Shown piece after piece: positions 29,985 through 41,901 of a stretch of 64,000 bases of DNA (the first letter of the stretch is position 1; each line of letters begins with the position of its first letter). Both the position numbers and the translations under genes were made by a program. The notes beneath the pieces are model-generated. The model saw only the letters and a list, made by a program, of their open reading frames with translations. It was not told the DNA's origin and did no database searches. Origin of the DNA: Alphaproteobacteria bacterium (lineage in GTDB: Bacteria > Pseudomonadota > Alphaproteobacteria > UBA828); assembly GCA_965214705.1 (NCBI GenBank), contig CBDCCI010000002.1, forward strand, positions 2,816,001 to 2,880,000, in the 5' to 3' direction.

Positions 29985-30125
29985 GCGTTTCCGTCTCAGA
30001 CGGAAACGCTCAAGCCATTTATCGCTCACGGCAGCCGGCCTACGGCCGGCGCCTCCGCGAGGGCGCCGCATGAGCGGCGGGCCGCAGTCGCGGCCTGTCG
30101 CGAGTCCGTCAAGGACGGCCTCGCT
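29981..30125. repeat. Perfect 33-bp palindrome followed by a multi-hairpin segment
   Basis: TTGAGCGTTTCCGTCT-C-AGACGGAAACGCTCAA (29981-30013), then short stems such as CCGGCC-TAC-GGCCGG and GCCGC-AGTC-GCGGC. Confidence 0.75.
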
Positions 30126-30764
30126 CTACGCCTCGTGGCGGGCGGACCAGCCCTCGGGATCGGCGAGGAAGGCGCGGACCTCGCCAAGCCCCCGCTCATC
30201 GATACGCCCGCTGGCGAGCGCCACTGCCAGCAGCGTATCGAGATCGCAGATGGCGGTGAGCGCGAGGCCCGCCTCTTCCAGCGCCTGTTGCGCCGATGCG
30301 CCGGCGCGCGAGAACAGCACGCTCACCCGGTCCACCTCCGCGCCCGCGTCGCGCAGCGCTTGCGCGAAGGCGAGGATGCTGCCGGCAGTCGAGATCAGGT
30401 CTTCGATCAGATGGACGCGCGCGCCGGCGACGCTGCCGCCCTCGATGCGGCCTGCGGTGCCATGCGTCTTGGCCTCGGCGCGGACGTAGACCATGGGCAG
30501 CGCCAGCCGGTCGGCGACTAGTGTGGCGAAGGGGACTCCTGCAGTGACTCCGCCGGCGATCACCGTGGCGCCCGGCTGCGGGACCGTCGCAGCCAGCGCC
30601 GCCGCTGCTTGCGAGCGGCCCTCGGGCCGCGAGAGGATCAGCCGGCAGTTCACGTAGAACGGCGCGTAGAGTCCCGACGTGAGGCGGAACGGCTCGGCCG
30701 GCCGCACCAGGAAGGCGCCGGTCTCAAGCAGGACCGCCGCGATCTCCTCCGCCGCTCGGCTCAT
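30126..30764 (-). CDS. pyrE: Orotate phosphoribosyltransferase
   Basis: PFRLTSGLYAPFYVN, VRAEAKTHG, LIEDLISTAGS. Confidence 0.93.
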   Translation of the reverse strand: MSRAAEEIAAVLLETGAFLVRPAEPFRLTSGLYAPFYVNCRLILSRPEGRSQAAAALAATVPQPGATVIAGGVTAGVPFATLVADRLALPMVYVRAEAKTHGTAGRIEGGSVAGARVHLIEDLISTAGSILAFAQALRDAGAEVDRVSVLFSRAGASAQQALEEAGLALTAICDLDTLLAVALASGRIDERGLGEVRAFLADPEGWSARHEA

Positions 30765-30838
30765 CCGCGCCCCCTACCCTTCCGCTCTCCGGTCGTCCCG
30801 CGCCCGGTGCGAAGGTAAACTATTCGGGCCGGGACAGG

Positions 30839-31570
30839 ATGCTCATGCCGAACGTCTCTCTCTATTGCGCCCTCGACGCGCGCGACCGGCCTACGGTCGA
30901 GCGGCTGGCGAGCCTGCTGGCGCCAGCTGTCGGCGGCCTCAAGCTCGGGCTGGAGTATTTCTGCGCGCACGGGCCGGAGGGCGTGAGCGCGGTGCGCGCC
31001 GCCGGCCGGCCGCTCTTTCTCGATCTCAAGCTGCACGACATCCCGAACACGGTGGCAGGCGCCGTGCGCAGCGTGGTGGCGCTGGAGCCGCACTATCTCA
31101 CCATCCACACCACCGGTGGTGTCGCCATGATGCAGGCGGCGCGCGAGGCCGCGGAGGAAGGGGCTGCGCGCCAGGGCGTCGCGCCGCCCAACCTGCTGGG
31201 CGTGACCGTGCTGACCAGTCTCGACGCCGACGCATTGGCGCGCCAGGGCATCGCGGGCTCCACGCACGATCAGGTGCTGCGCCTCGCGGCGCTGGCCCAC
31301 GAGGCGGGATTGGCCGGCGTGATCGCGAGCCCGCACGAGATCGCGGCGTTGCGTGCCGTGCACGGCCCGGACTTCCACATCGTCGTCCCCGGCATTCGCC
31401 CGGCAGCGGGCGCCGGCAGCGGCAAGGGCGATCAAGCGCGGGTCGCGACGCCGGCCGACGCGGCGCGCGCCGGCGCAACGGCGCTGGTCGTGGGCCGCCC
31501 GATCACGCAGGCACCCGATCCGCTCGCCGCGGCCCGCGCCATCGCGGAGGAGATCGCGGCTGTATCGTGA
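30839..31570 (+). CDS. pyrF: OMP decarboxylase
   Basis: FLDLKLHDIPNTV, VTVLTS, VPGIRP, VVGRPI. Confidence 0.96.
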   Translation: MLMPNVSLYCALDARDRPTVERLASLLAPAVGGLKLGLEYFCAHGPEGVSAVRAAGRPLFLDLKLHDIPNTVAGAVRSVVALEPHYLTIHTTGGVAMMQAAREAAEEGAARQGVAPPNLLGVTVLTSLDADALARQGIAGSTHDQVLRLAALAHEAGLAGVIASPHEIAALRAVHGPDFHIVVPGIRPAAGAGSGKGDQARVATPADAARAGATALVVGRPITQAPDPLAAARAIAEEIAAVS

Positions 31571-32646
31571 CTGTGCACGGCCGGGACGCGGTGGTCGGCG
31601 CCAACCGCGTCTGCCAGCGTGGCGAAACCGTCGGCCGCGAGCAGCCGCGCGAGCCCTTGCGTGATCTCGCCGACCAGACGCGGGCCCCGATAGACCAGCG
31701 CGGTGTAGAGCTGGATCAGGCTCGCGCCCGCGCGGATGCGGGCGTAGGCGGCCTCCGCCGAATCGATCCCGCCCACCCCGATCAAGGGCAGGCGGCCACC
31801 GCTCAAGGCGTAGGCCAGGCGCAGCACTTCGAGAGCGCGGGGGGCCAGCGGCGGGCCGCTGAGGCCGCCCTCCTCCGACCGCTGGCGCGAGACCAGGCCG
31901 GGCGGGCGCGCGGTCGTCGTGTTGGCGAGGATGAGGCCGGCGATGGGCGCGTCCTCGATGGCCTCGAGCAGCGATGCCAAAGTTTCGTCGTCCATCTCCG
32001 GCGCGAGCTTGAGCAGGATGGGCGGCGCGCGGCCGAGGCGGGCATGGGCATCCGCCAGCGCGGAGAGCAGGCGGTGGAGCGCATCGCCCGCCTGCCACGC
32101 CCGCAGCCCCGGCGTGTTGGGCGAGGAGACGTTGACCGCCACGTAATCGGCGAGCGCGGCCACGCGTATGAGGCCGGCGGCGTAGTCGCGCGCGGGATCG
32201 GCGCTCTCCTTGTTCACGCCGATGTTGATCCCGAGCGGGCACGGGGGCGCACCATGTGCCCGGCGCCACCGTTCCAGCCGTGCGGCGACGACCTCCAGAC
32301 CGTCGCTGTTGAAGCCCATTCGGTTGATCAGCGCGCGCTCCCGCCGCAGGCGGAAGAGCCTGGGCCGGGGATTGCCCGGCTGCGGCCGAGGCGTCACCGT
32401 GCCCGCCTCGCCGAAGCCGAGGCCGAGCCGAGCCGCCGCGTCTGGGCATCTCGCATCCTTGTCGAAGCCGGCGGCGAGCCCCACGGGTGTCGGGAAGCGC
32501 AGGCCCCAGAGCGTCACCGCAAGCACCGGGTCATGAGGCAGTGGCGCCGGTAGCCGCCCCAGCCCGAGCAGAGCGAGCGCCGCGTTGTGCGCCGTCTCCG
32601 GCGGCAGGCAGCGGAGGCCGGCGGTGGCGATGTCGGCGTAGGACAT
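31432..32646 (-). CDS. pyrD: Quinone-dependent dihydroorotate dehydrogenase
   Basis: PETAH, GLAAGFDK, INRMGFN, NVSSPNTPGLR, GGLSG; C-terminus reads on into pyrF. Confidence 0.95.
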   Translation of the reverse strand: MSYADIATAGLRCLPPETAHNAALALLGLGRLPAPLPHDPVLAVTLWGLRFPTPVGLAAGFDKDARCPDAAARLGLGFGEAGTVTPRPQPGNPRPRLFRLRRERALINRMGFNSDGLEVVAARLERWRRAHGAPPCPLGINIGVNKESADPARDYAAGLIRVAALADYVAVNVSSPNTPGLRAWQAGDALHRLLSALADAHARLGRAPPILLKLAPEMDDETLASLLEAIEDAPIAGLILANTTTARPPGLVSRQRSEEGGLSGPPLAPRALEVLRLAYALSGGRLPLIGVGGIDSAEAAYARIRAGASLIQLYTALVYRGPRLVGEITQGLARLLAADGFATLADAVGADHRVPAVHSHDTAAISSAMARAAASGSGACVIGRPTTSAVAPARAASAGVATRA

Positions 32647-32663
32647 GCCGGGCCGGGCCGATG

Positions 32664-33965
<1,302 letters not shown>

Positions 33966-33980
33966 GTGCCGTGCTCCCGT

Positions 33981-34943
33981 TCAGAAAACCGGCGCCGGGC
34001 CGAGATTGCGGCTCAGCGCGTCGAGGCAGCCCTGGCGCACGGCGACGCCGAGCTCGACCTGGTCGAGGATGGCGCTCCGTGTGATGTCGTCCGCGACTTC
34101 GCTGTCGATCTCGACGCCCCGGTTCATGGGTCCCGGATGGAGGATCAGCGCGTTCTCCCGCGCTTGCGCGAGCTTGGCCCGGTCGAGGCCGTAGAAGCGG
34201 AAGTACTCGCGGACGGACGGCACGAAGGTGCCCTGCATGCGCTCCTGTTGCAGTCGCAGCATCATGATGACATCGCAGCCCGCGAGCCCTGCCCGCATGT
34301 CGTGGAAAGTCTCGACTCCCATGCGCTCGATCGCGGACGGCACCAGCGTCGGCGGCGCGATGATGCGCACGCCGGCGCCCATGGTGTTGAGCAGCAGGAT
34401 GTTGGAGCGGGCGACCCGGCTGTGCAGCACGTCGCCGCAGATGGCGACCCGGAGCCCCTCGACCCGGCCGAAGCGGTGGCGGATGGTGAGCGCATCCAGC
34501 AGCGCCTGGGTGGGGTGCTCGTGGCTGCCGTCGCCGGCGTTGATCACCGCGCATTCGACGTGGTTGGCGAGCAGGCGGGCGGCACCGGCATCCGGGTGCC
34601 GGACGATCAGCATGTCCGGGTGCATGGCGTTGAGCGTCATCGCCGTGTCGATGAGCGTCTCGCCCTTCTTGATCGCCGAGCTCGCCACCGCGATGTTGAT
34701 GACGTCGGCGCCGAGCCGCTTGCCCGCAAGCTCGAACGAGGTGCGGGTGCGGGTCGAGGTCTCGAAGAAGAGCAGGACGACAGTGCGCCCGCCGAGCAGG
34801 CTCTTGCGCTTCTGCACCTCGCGGTTGAGCGCGACGTAGCCTTCGGAGAGATCGAGCAGGTGGGTGATGGCGCCTGCGGAAAGCCCCTCGATCCCCAGCA
34901 GATGCCGGTCGCTGAAGATCGAAGGCAAGAGCGCGGGCTGCAT
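33981..34943 (-). CDS. pyrB: Aspartate carbamoyltransferase catalytic subunit
   Basis: [32 protein letters not shown]. Confidence 0.97.
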   Translation of the reverse strand: MQPALLPSIFSDRHLLGIEGLSAGAITHLLDLSEGYVALNREVQKRKSLLGGRTVVLLFFETSTRTRTSFELAGKRLGADVINIAVASSAIKKGETLIDTAMTLNAMHPDMLIVRHPDAGAARLLANHVECAVINAGDGSHEHPTQALLDALTIRHRFGRVEGLRVAICGDVLHSRVARSNILLLNTMGAGVRIIAPPTLVPSAIERMGVETFHDMRAGLAGCDVIMMLRLQQERMQGTFVPSVREYFRFYGLDRAKLAQARENALILHPGPMNRGVEIDSEVADDITRSAILDQVELGVAVRQGCLDALSRNLGPAPVF

Positions 34944-35096
34944 CACTACACCTTGTAGGCGCACGCAGGCCGATATGCAAGGGTTAGCGGTCTCGGGGTG
35001 CGTCGGCAGGCCGCCGGTGCGCTATGGCGGCCGCCCGCCTCGCGCGTCAGGGGCGAACGAGCGGAGTGAAAACTGTCGTGAAAAAGGTTTTAAGGC

Positions 35097-35186
35097 GGCC
35101 TATTCCGGCCTATTCCGGTCCAAGGTGGCTCAAGGTGGTCCAAGGTGGCCCAACAGGCGGACCGGAAGGCGGCTCAAGGTGGCCCA
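35097..35186. repeat. 10-bp-period tandem repeat array
   Basis: TATTCCGGCC TATTCCGGTC CAAGGTGGCT CAAGGTGGTC CAAGGTGGCC plus a further CAAGGTGGCC at 35175. Confidence 0.8.
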
Positions 35187-35366
35187 GGCGGCGCCCGCCC
35201 TCAAAACGGCAAGAGGGCCGTAGAGACCTGCGCACCCAGCTCGCCGTTGCCGGCTGATTCATGCGCTCGCACACCATGGCGCGATCCTCACACCGACGCC
35301 GCACCCCGAGCACCGCACCATGGTCCGGGGTTTCTTCCCGGCAACGAACGAGGAATTGATCATGAG

Positions 35367-35474
35367 GGGCCGGACCGCGAAAGCGGCCCGGCCCGCGCGA
35401 CTGCGCGCCGCGCCGAATGGCGCGTAAGCCAAGCGAACGGAGTTCGCGCCCGGCGATTGAGGGAAATGAACAAG
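35367..35474 (-). repeat. Dispersed structured repeat, copy A
   Basis: Reverse complement CATTTCCCTCAATCGCCGGGCGC...GCGCGGCGCGCAGTCGCGCG..CCGGGCCGCTTTCGCGGTCCGG matches 40033-40159. Confidence 0.75.
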
Positions 35475-35530
35475 TCAGCCCGGACGGCGCGACAGCGCCG
35501 CTTCTTTTCTCGTCATGCCCGGACTTGTTC

Positions 35531-36789
35531 CACTGCTGTCCGGTTTAGCTTGGGTAGACAAGGTGCATGGCTTGGATTCAACTTGGTTTTTGCAAGACCT
35601 GTTGAATCGAAGCTCGCAATGGAGCCCAAGCCATGCCCTACCAGGATACGGTTTTCGGCGAACTGATGAAGGCGTTTCCGCGCTGGCGCTTCGACAAGCT
35701 GGCAGAGCGCCACGGAGCGGACTACCGGGTCCGGCGCCTTTCGTCGTGGAGCCAGTTCCAGGCGATGGTGTTCGCCCAGCTGTCGGGCTCGCGCTCCTTG
35801 CGCGAGGCGGTCGGTGCGCTGGAACGCTTTCCGGGCGTCCACGCCCATCTGGGTCTGGCGCCGGTGCGGCGGTCTACGCTCGCGGATGCCAACCGGGTAC
35901 GTCCGGCGGCCCTGTTCGAGGACGTGCTGGAAGCCCTGGTCGCCCGGCTGGGCGCATCTGCGGGCCAGCGCGGGCGGGAGATGCTGCGCCTCGTCGATGC
36001 GACCCGGGTCCTGGTTGGCAAGCGGATCGAGAGCTGGGAGGCCGACGGTGCCGTCAAGCTGCACGTGGTCTACGACCCGGACGCAGATGCGCCTGTCTGC
36101 TTTGCCGTGACCTCGGCCAGGGTCAACGACATCACGCCGGCCAAGCGCCTCCCCATCGAGCCCGGCGCGACTTACGTCTTCGACAGAGGCTATTACGACT
36201 TCACCTTCTGGGCAGACATCGACGCCAAGGGGAGCCGCTTCGTCACCCGCCTGAAGAAGAACTCGCCCACAAGCCTGATCGAGACCCGCCCGGTCAAGCC
36301 GGACGGCCCGGTCGTGGCCGACCGCGTCGCCTTGCTGTCGAAGCGCCTGGCGGCGAGCCGCAAGAACCCCTTCGACAAGCCGGTGCGTCTGGTCGACGTG
36401 CGCATCGACAGCGGCAGGGAGATCACGCTGGTCAGCAACGACCTCAATGCCCCGGCCGAAGAGATCGCGGCGCTCTACAAGCAGCGCTGGCAGGTCGAGC
36501 TGTTCTTCAAGTGGATCAAGCAGAACCTCAAGATCAGACACTTCCTCGGCACCAGCGAAAATGCCGTGCGCATCCAGATCGTCACCGCGCTGATCGCCTA
36601 CCTGCTGCTGCGGCTGGCGCAGATCGGAACCGGAACCGGGCTCGGCCTCCAGGCCATCGCCCGCCTCGTCGCCAAGACGACCTTCCAACGCCGGGCCCTC
36701 ACCGACCTCTTCGAACCACCGCCTGACACACCGCAAGCCCATGACCAGCTCCAAATCCCCTTCGCCAAAATCTAAACCGGACAGCAATG
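35531..36789 (+). mobile_element. IS4-family insertion sequence inserted in a REP loop
   Basis: TIR CACTGCTGTCCGGTTTAG / CTAAACCGGACAGCAATG (17/18); 9-bp TSD GACTTGTTC at 35522-35530 and 36790-36798. Confidence 0.95.
35633..36775 (+). CDS. IS4-family DDE transposase
   Basis: DUF4372-like N-terminus (RSTLADAN), VDAT, VFDRGY, YKQRWQVELFFKWIKQ. Confidence 0.95.
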   Translation: MPYQDTVFGELMKAFPRWRFDKLAERHGADYRVRRLSSWSQFQAMVFAQLSGSRSLREAVGALERFPGVHAHLGLAPVRRSTLADANRVRPAALFEDVLEALVARLGASAGQRGREMLRLVDATRVLVGKRIESWEADGAVKLHVVYDPDADAPVCFAVTSARVNDITPAKRLPIEPGATYVFDRGYYDFTFWADIDAKGSRFVTRLKKNSPTSLIETRPVKPDGPVVADRVALLSKRLAASRKNPFDKPVRLVDVRIDSGREITLVSNDLNAPAEEIAALYKQRWQVELFFKWIKQNLKIRHFLGTSENAVRIQIVTALIAYLLLRLAQIGTGTGLGLQAIARLVAKTTFQRRALTDLFEPPPDTPQAHDQLQIPFAKI

Positions 36790-36994
36790 GACTTGTTCCG
36801 GGCATCTCTCTCCACAACACACTGTAAAAAAACCGAAAAACGTGGATGGCCGGGACAAGCCCGGCCATGACGGGTGTGGGGGCGCTGCGCGCTTGAGTGG
36901 CAACGTCTCGAACGAGACTCGCGCCCGCACCGCGCCCTGTTTTCGTCATTCCCGGACTCGTTCCGGGTATCCGGGCATCCATGTTCCCGCAGGC

Positions 36995-37288
36995 TTACGG
37001 CAGGGTTTCGTAGAGGTCGTCCCAACCGGGGTTCTGGGCGACGATGAGATTGACCTTCCAGGCGCGCGGCCAGTGCTTCATGGTCCGTTCCCGCTGGATG
37101 GCCGAGGCAATGTCCTCGTGGCGCTCCGCGTAGACGAGCCGCGTCAGTCCGTAACGCTTGGTGAACCCCTCGACCAGGCCCTCACGGTGTTCCCACGCCC
37201 TGCGCACAATGTCGCTGGTGACGCCGAGATAGAGCGTGCCGTTGGGTCGGTTGGTCATGATGTAGACCCAGCCTCCGCGCTCTCTCAT
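36995..37288 (-). CDS. Stand-alone GIY-YIG nuclease (YhbQ-like), REP-flanked
   Basis: MRERGGWVYIMTNRPNGTLYLGVTSDIVRRAWEH..FTKRYG..AIQRERTMKHWPRAWK..NPGWDDL. Confidence 0.92.
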   Translation of the reverse strand: MRERGGWVYIMTNRPNGTLYLGVTSDIVRRAWEHREGLVEGFTKRYGLTRLVYAERHEDIASAIQRERTMKHWPRAWKVNLIVAQNPGWDDLYETLP

Positions 37289-37381
37289 GTCCCCATGCTG
37301 CAATCTGTGGATGCCCGGAACACCCCCGGACTTGATCCAGGGGCCAGGCATGACGACTTGGGGGAATGGCCCGGTCTCGGC

Positions 37382-37596
37382 TCAGGACTCCACGCCACGC
37401 CCGGCCGTCGGCTCGTGATCGAACTGCGCGGCATCGGCCGGCGGTTCGGCAAATCCGATCGTCCCAATCTCCACTTCGAAATGGTCCTCCACGGCAATCG
37501 CTTGACCACCCAGACGCTTGCGACGCTCGTACTCATCGACCCGGAGGATCACAAGCTTGCCCCTGCGCTGTTGCAGACTTGCCAGCGGGATTTCAC
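37382..37596 (-). pseudogene. Degenerate Phd/YefM-like antitoxin remnant
   Basis: Manual translation VILRVDEYERRKRLGGQAIAVED..AEPPADAAQFDHE resembles a Phd C-half; the RBS-led GTG at 37596 is out of frame. Confidence 0.4.
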
Positions 37597-37778
37597 TGCT
37601 CCCTCCTGATCCTATCCTCGATCTCGCCGAATGCCCGTGGACAAATTCGCTGCATTGCTCTTGTTTCGGGCTGTATGGTCCCCATCATGCATATTGTCAA
37701 ACGCGCAGCCCGCCATAGTTTGTGAACAGCTCCAAGGCGTGCCCCCTCCTCTATCCATACTAAGTAAAGGTTGCTCTT

Positions 37779-38656
37779 ATGACAGAACGACTGTTGAACA
37801 TATTCATATACGGAAATAACACTCACGTGCACTCAATGGGATATTGCGCATATGAGAAAACAGGGAGTTACGATGAACTGACAGAATATCTTCGATCTAG
37901 AGTCACTGTCGACCACAAACACGTGGCACGAATCAAGTTTAAGGAACCGATAGAGCGTCAAGAATTTTACGCGATGGAACGCTTGGGCGCAGTTACCAAT
38001 ACATTAGGGAGCCAGGGAGTAATATCAGAAGATACTATCTATTGCATTACCCAGATTGTAGATGGAAAAGTTAACGTGGACGAAATTGTCGACACCCTCT
38101 CTTCAGCCGGAGTACCAGACTATTTGTTGATGTATACGACCGAAAACAAGTTTGATTTCCCCGTCTGCTTGAAGATGACTACTTTTCAGCCATTAAGCTA
38201 CTATGGAATGCAGAAAAGTACATTGCGAGCTTGAAACTACTATTCTCCGCCATAGATACGATAGGGTTTATTGAATATGGCCCAAGGAATAATTGTTTTG
38301 TGTTGTGGCTCGAGCAATATTGTGACTTAAGTTCTCTTGACGTCTCTTCTCAAGAGATATGGGAATTACGAAACTCACTACTGCACATGACTAATCTAGA
38401 GTCTCACAAGGTTAGGAAAGGTAGTTCATATAGGCTAGTTCCGTCAATTGTTTCTCCTGACATTGATGTCCCTCCACGGCGTGAAAACGAAAAGTATCTC
38501 CACGTTGCTCGGTTCCTAATGAGAGTGCTTCCCACCGGAGTGCAGAAATGGTTAGAGACATATGACAACGAACGGGAGAAAATCTATACATTTGTTGAAA
38601 GGTACGACACCATTGTCTCGGATGTTAGACTGGTGCGCGGTGCGTTACATCAATGA
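37779..38656 (+). pseudogene. AT-rich frameshifted gene with HEPN-like RxxxxH motif
   Basis: Two overlapping ORFs join at GATTTCCCCGTC (about 38160) to give FDF-RLLEDDYFSAIKLLWNAEKYIASLKLLFSAID...LRNSLLH. Confidence 0.6.
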
Positions 38657-38820
38657 GTATGCGGAGGCGAATCTATCTGATCGTACAGAGGTGGTGTTTG
38701 TACAGATTGGGTAACTGCCAGACACTGTCCCCCTTCCCACCGCTCCCCCATGCTATGGTCACCGCCAGCCACCGTGGGAGCGTAGAGAACGTTAGGAAAG
38801 CGAAAGGGGTTAGCGACGAA

Positions 38821-39993
<1,173 letters not shown>

Positions 39994-39994
39994 G

Positions 39995-40159
39995 CTTTTT
40001 CATTTCCCTCAGTCGGCGAGCGCCGGTCTAAGCATTTCCCTCAGTCGCCGGGCGCTCGCTCCGCTCGATCGTGCGCTCCGCGCGCGTGGACGCGCGACGC
40101 TACGAGCCTTACAGCGCGGCGCGCGGTCGCGCGCTCCGGCCCGCTTCGCGGCCCGGTCC
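39995..40159 (+). repeat. Dispersed structured repeat, copy B (head duplicated)
   Basis: CATTTCCCTCAGTCG at 40001 and 40033; body homologous to 35367-35474. Confidence 0.75.
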
Positions 40160-41821
40160 GCTATTGTCCAGCACCTCGGGCGCGTCGGAGCGTTCGACGA
40201 AGGCGAAGCCCGCGTATCCCTTCGCCACGACCTCGTCGCACTTGCGCACGTAGTCCGGGAAGCCGATGTAGGGCATGAAGACGGGCGCCTTGCCCGGAAT
40301 GTTCGAGCCGATGTACCAGGACTTGGTTTTGGTATAGAGCGTGGCGTCGGCCACCTCGTTGACGTGAGCGACCCACGCGTCCTCAGCCTCCACCGTCGCC
40401 TCGACGCAGGCGTAACCGTGCTCGCGCATGTAGCCGATGCAGTCGGCGATCCATTCGACGTTCTGCTCGATGGACTGGACCATGTTGCTCAGCACCGACG
40501 GGCTGCCCGGCCCGGCGATGATGTGGAGGTTGGGGAAGCCCGCCGTCGCGACGCCGAGCAGGCTTCTCGGACCCTCCTTCCACTTCTCGGCCAGCGAGCG
40601 GCCGCCGATGCCGCGAATGTCGATGCGGGTCAGCGGGCCGGTCATGGCGTCGAACCCGGTGGCGAAGATCAGCGCGTCGAACTCGTAAGCGCGGTCGCCC
40701 ACCCTGAGGCCGGCGCGGGTGATCTCCCCGATGGGCGTCTCGCTGACGTCGACGAGGGTGACGTTGTCCCGGTTGTAGGTCGCGTAGTAGTCGGTGTCGA
40801 CGCAGGTCCGCTTGCAGCCGATGTGGTAGTGGGGCGAGAGCAGCTCCGCTACCGCCGGGTCGCGCACCGTCTCGCGAATCTTGGCGCGGACGAACTCGGC
40901 CGCCGTGTCGTTGGCCTCCGCGGTCGCGAAGAGATCGGAGAACGCGCCCAGGAAGCCGATGCCGCAGGTCCGCCAGCGCTCTTCGTAGACGGCGTCGCGC
41001 TCCTCAGGCCCGACCTCGAACACGCCGCTCTCGCCGACCGTGAAATCGATGCCCGAGCGGTTCTGCCGCGCCCGCGCCCGCAGGCCCGCGTAGTCCGCCT
41101 TGACCGCCTTCTGCGCCTCGGGGTCAAGCGGCGCGTTGAAGGCGGGAACGCTGTAGTTCGGCGTGCGCTGGAAGACGTAGAGACGCTCCGCCTGCTCGGC
41201 GATGAGCGGAATGCACTGGATGGCCGAGGAGCCGGTGCCGATGATGCCCACCCGCCGGCCCGAAAAGTCGACCTCTTCCTCGGGCCAGTCTCCGGTGTGG
41301 TAGGTCGCGCCGGCGAATGAGTCGATGCCCTCGAAGTCCGGGATGTTGCGCGCGGACAGACAACCGCTCGCCATGATGCAGTGGGTCGCCGTCACGCGCG
41401 CGCCGTCGTCGGTCCCGACCGCCCAATGCCCGGCCGCCTTGTCGAAGGTCGCGGCGGTGACGCGGGTGTCGAAGCGGATGTCGCGGCGGAGGTCGAACCG
41501 GTCCGCGACGTGGTTGAGGTAGCGCAGAATTTCCGGCTGGGTGGCGTAGCGCTCGGTCCACTCCCACTCCTGCTGCAGCGCGTCGTCGAACTGGTAGGAA
41601 TACTCCATGCTCTCGACGTCGCAGCGCGCACCGGGATAGCGGTTCCAGAACCAGGTGCCGCCGACGCCGCTCCCGATCTCGAAGACCCGCGCGCTCAGCC
41701 CCATGCTGCGCAGCCGGTGGAGCGAGTAGAGTCCGGCGAAACCGGCGCCGACGATCACGGCATCGAAATCGCAGGCCGGCGCATCGATCCCGCCCGGCCG
41801 TTCCGCTTGCGGGTCAGGCAC
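40109..41821 (-). CDS. Baeyer-Villiger monooxygenase (CHMO/PAMO-like)
   Basis: GAGFAG, GGTWFWNRYPGARCD, FAGATYHTGDW fingerprint, GTGSS, ATGF. Confidence 0.95.
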   Translation of the reverse strand: MPDPQAERPGGIDAPACDFDAVIVGAGFAGLYSLHRLRSMGLSARVFEIGSGVGGTWFWNRYPGARCDVESMEYSYQFDDALQQEWEWTERYATQPEILRYLNHVADRFDLRRDIRFDTRVTAATFDKAAGHWAVGTDDGARVTATHCIMASGCLSARNIPDFEGIDSFAGATYHTGDWPEEEVDFSGRRVGIIGTGSSAIQCIPLIAEQAERLYVFQRTPNYSVPAFNAPLDPEAQKAVKADYAGLRARARQNRSGIDFTVGESGVFEVGPEERDAVYEERWRTCGIGFLGAFSDLFATAEANDTAAEFVRAKIRETVRDPAVAELLSPHYHIGCKRTCVDTDYYATYNRDNVTLVDVSETPIGEITRAGLRVGDRAYEFDALIFATGFDAMTGPLTRIDIRGIGGRSLAEKWKEGPRSLLGVATAGFPNLHIIAGPGSPSVLSNMVQSIEQNVEWIADCIGYMREHGYACVEATVEAEDAWVAHVNEVADATLYTKTKSWYIGSNIPGKAPVFMPYIGFPDYVRKCDEVVAKGYAGFAFVERSDAPEVLDNSGPGREAGRSARPRAAL

Positions 41822-41901
41822 GGAGGCCCCCGTCCGCTATGGCGCCGGGCGAAGGGTCCGACGCCGCATTCGCCGATGTCAAGCGGTCGCGCACCGGGCC
41901 A

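Larger units (their letters stand above)
35511..37355. repeat. Cluster of four CGTC-type REP palindromes in two inverted pairs
   Basis: REP1 CGTCATGCCCGGACTTGTTC[IS4]CGGGCATC; REP2 GATGGCCGGGACAAGCCCGGCCATGACG 36845-36872; REP3 CGTCATTCCCGGACTCGTTCCGGG.. 36944-36981; REP4 TGGATGCCCGG..CCAGGCATGACG 37308-37355. Confidence 0.85.

Noticed and set aside
35097-37355. CRISPR array or integron attC sites
   Set aside because: Repeats are contiguous 10-mers or inverted REP pairs, not direct repeats with uniform unique spacers; no cas or intI gene in the window.
38653-38820. N-terminal extension of ivd in the ORF track (also 28176, 20978, 14504, 53250 starts)
   Set aside because: Homology-like sequence starts at downstream Met codons; the extensions are non-coding read-through.
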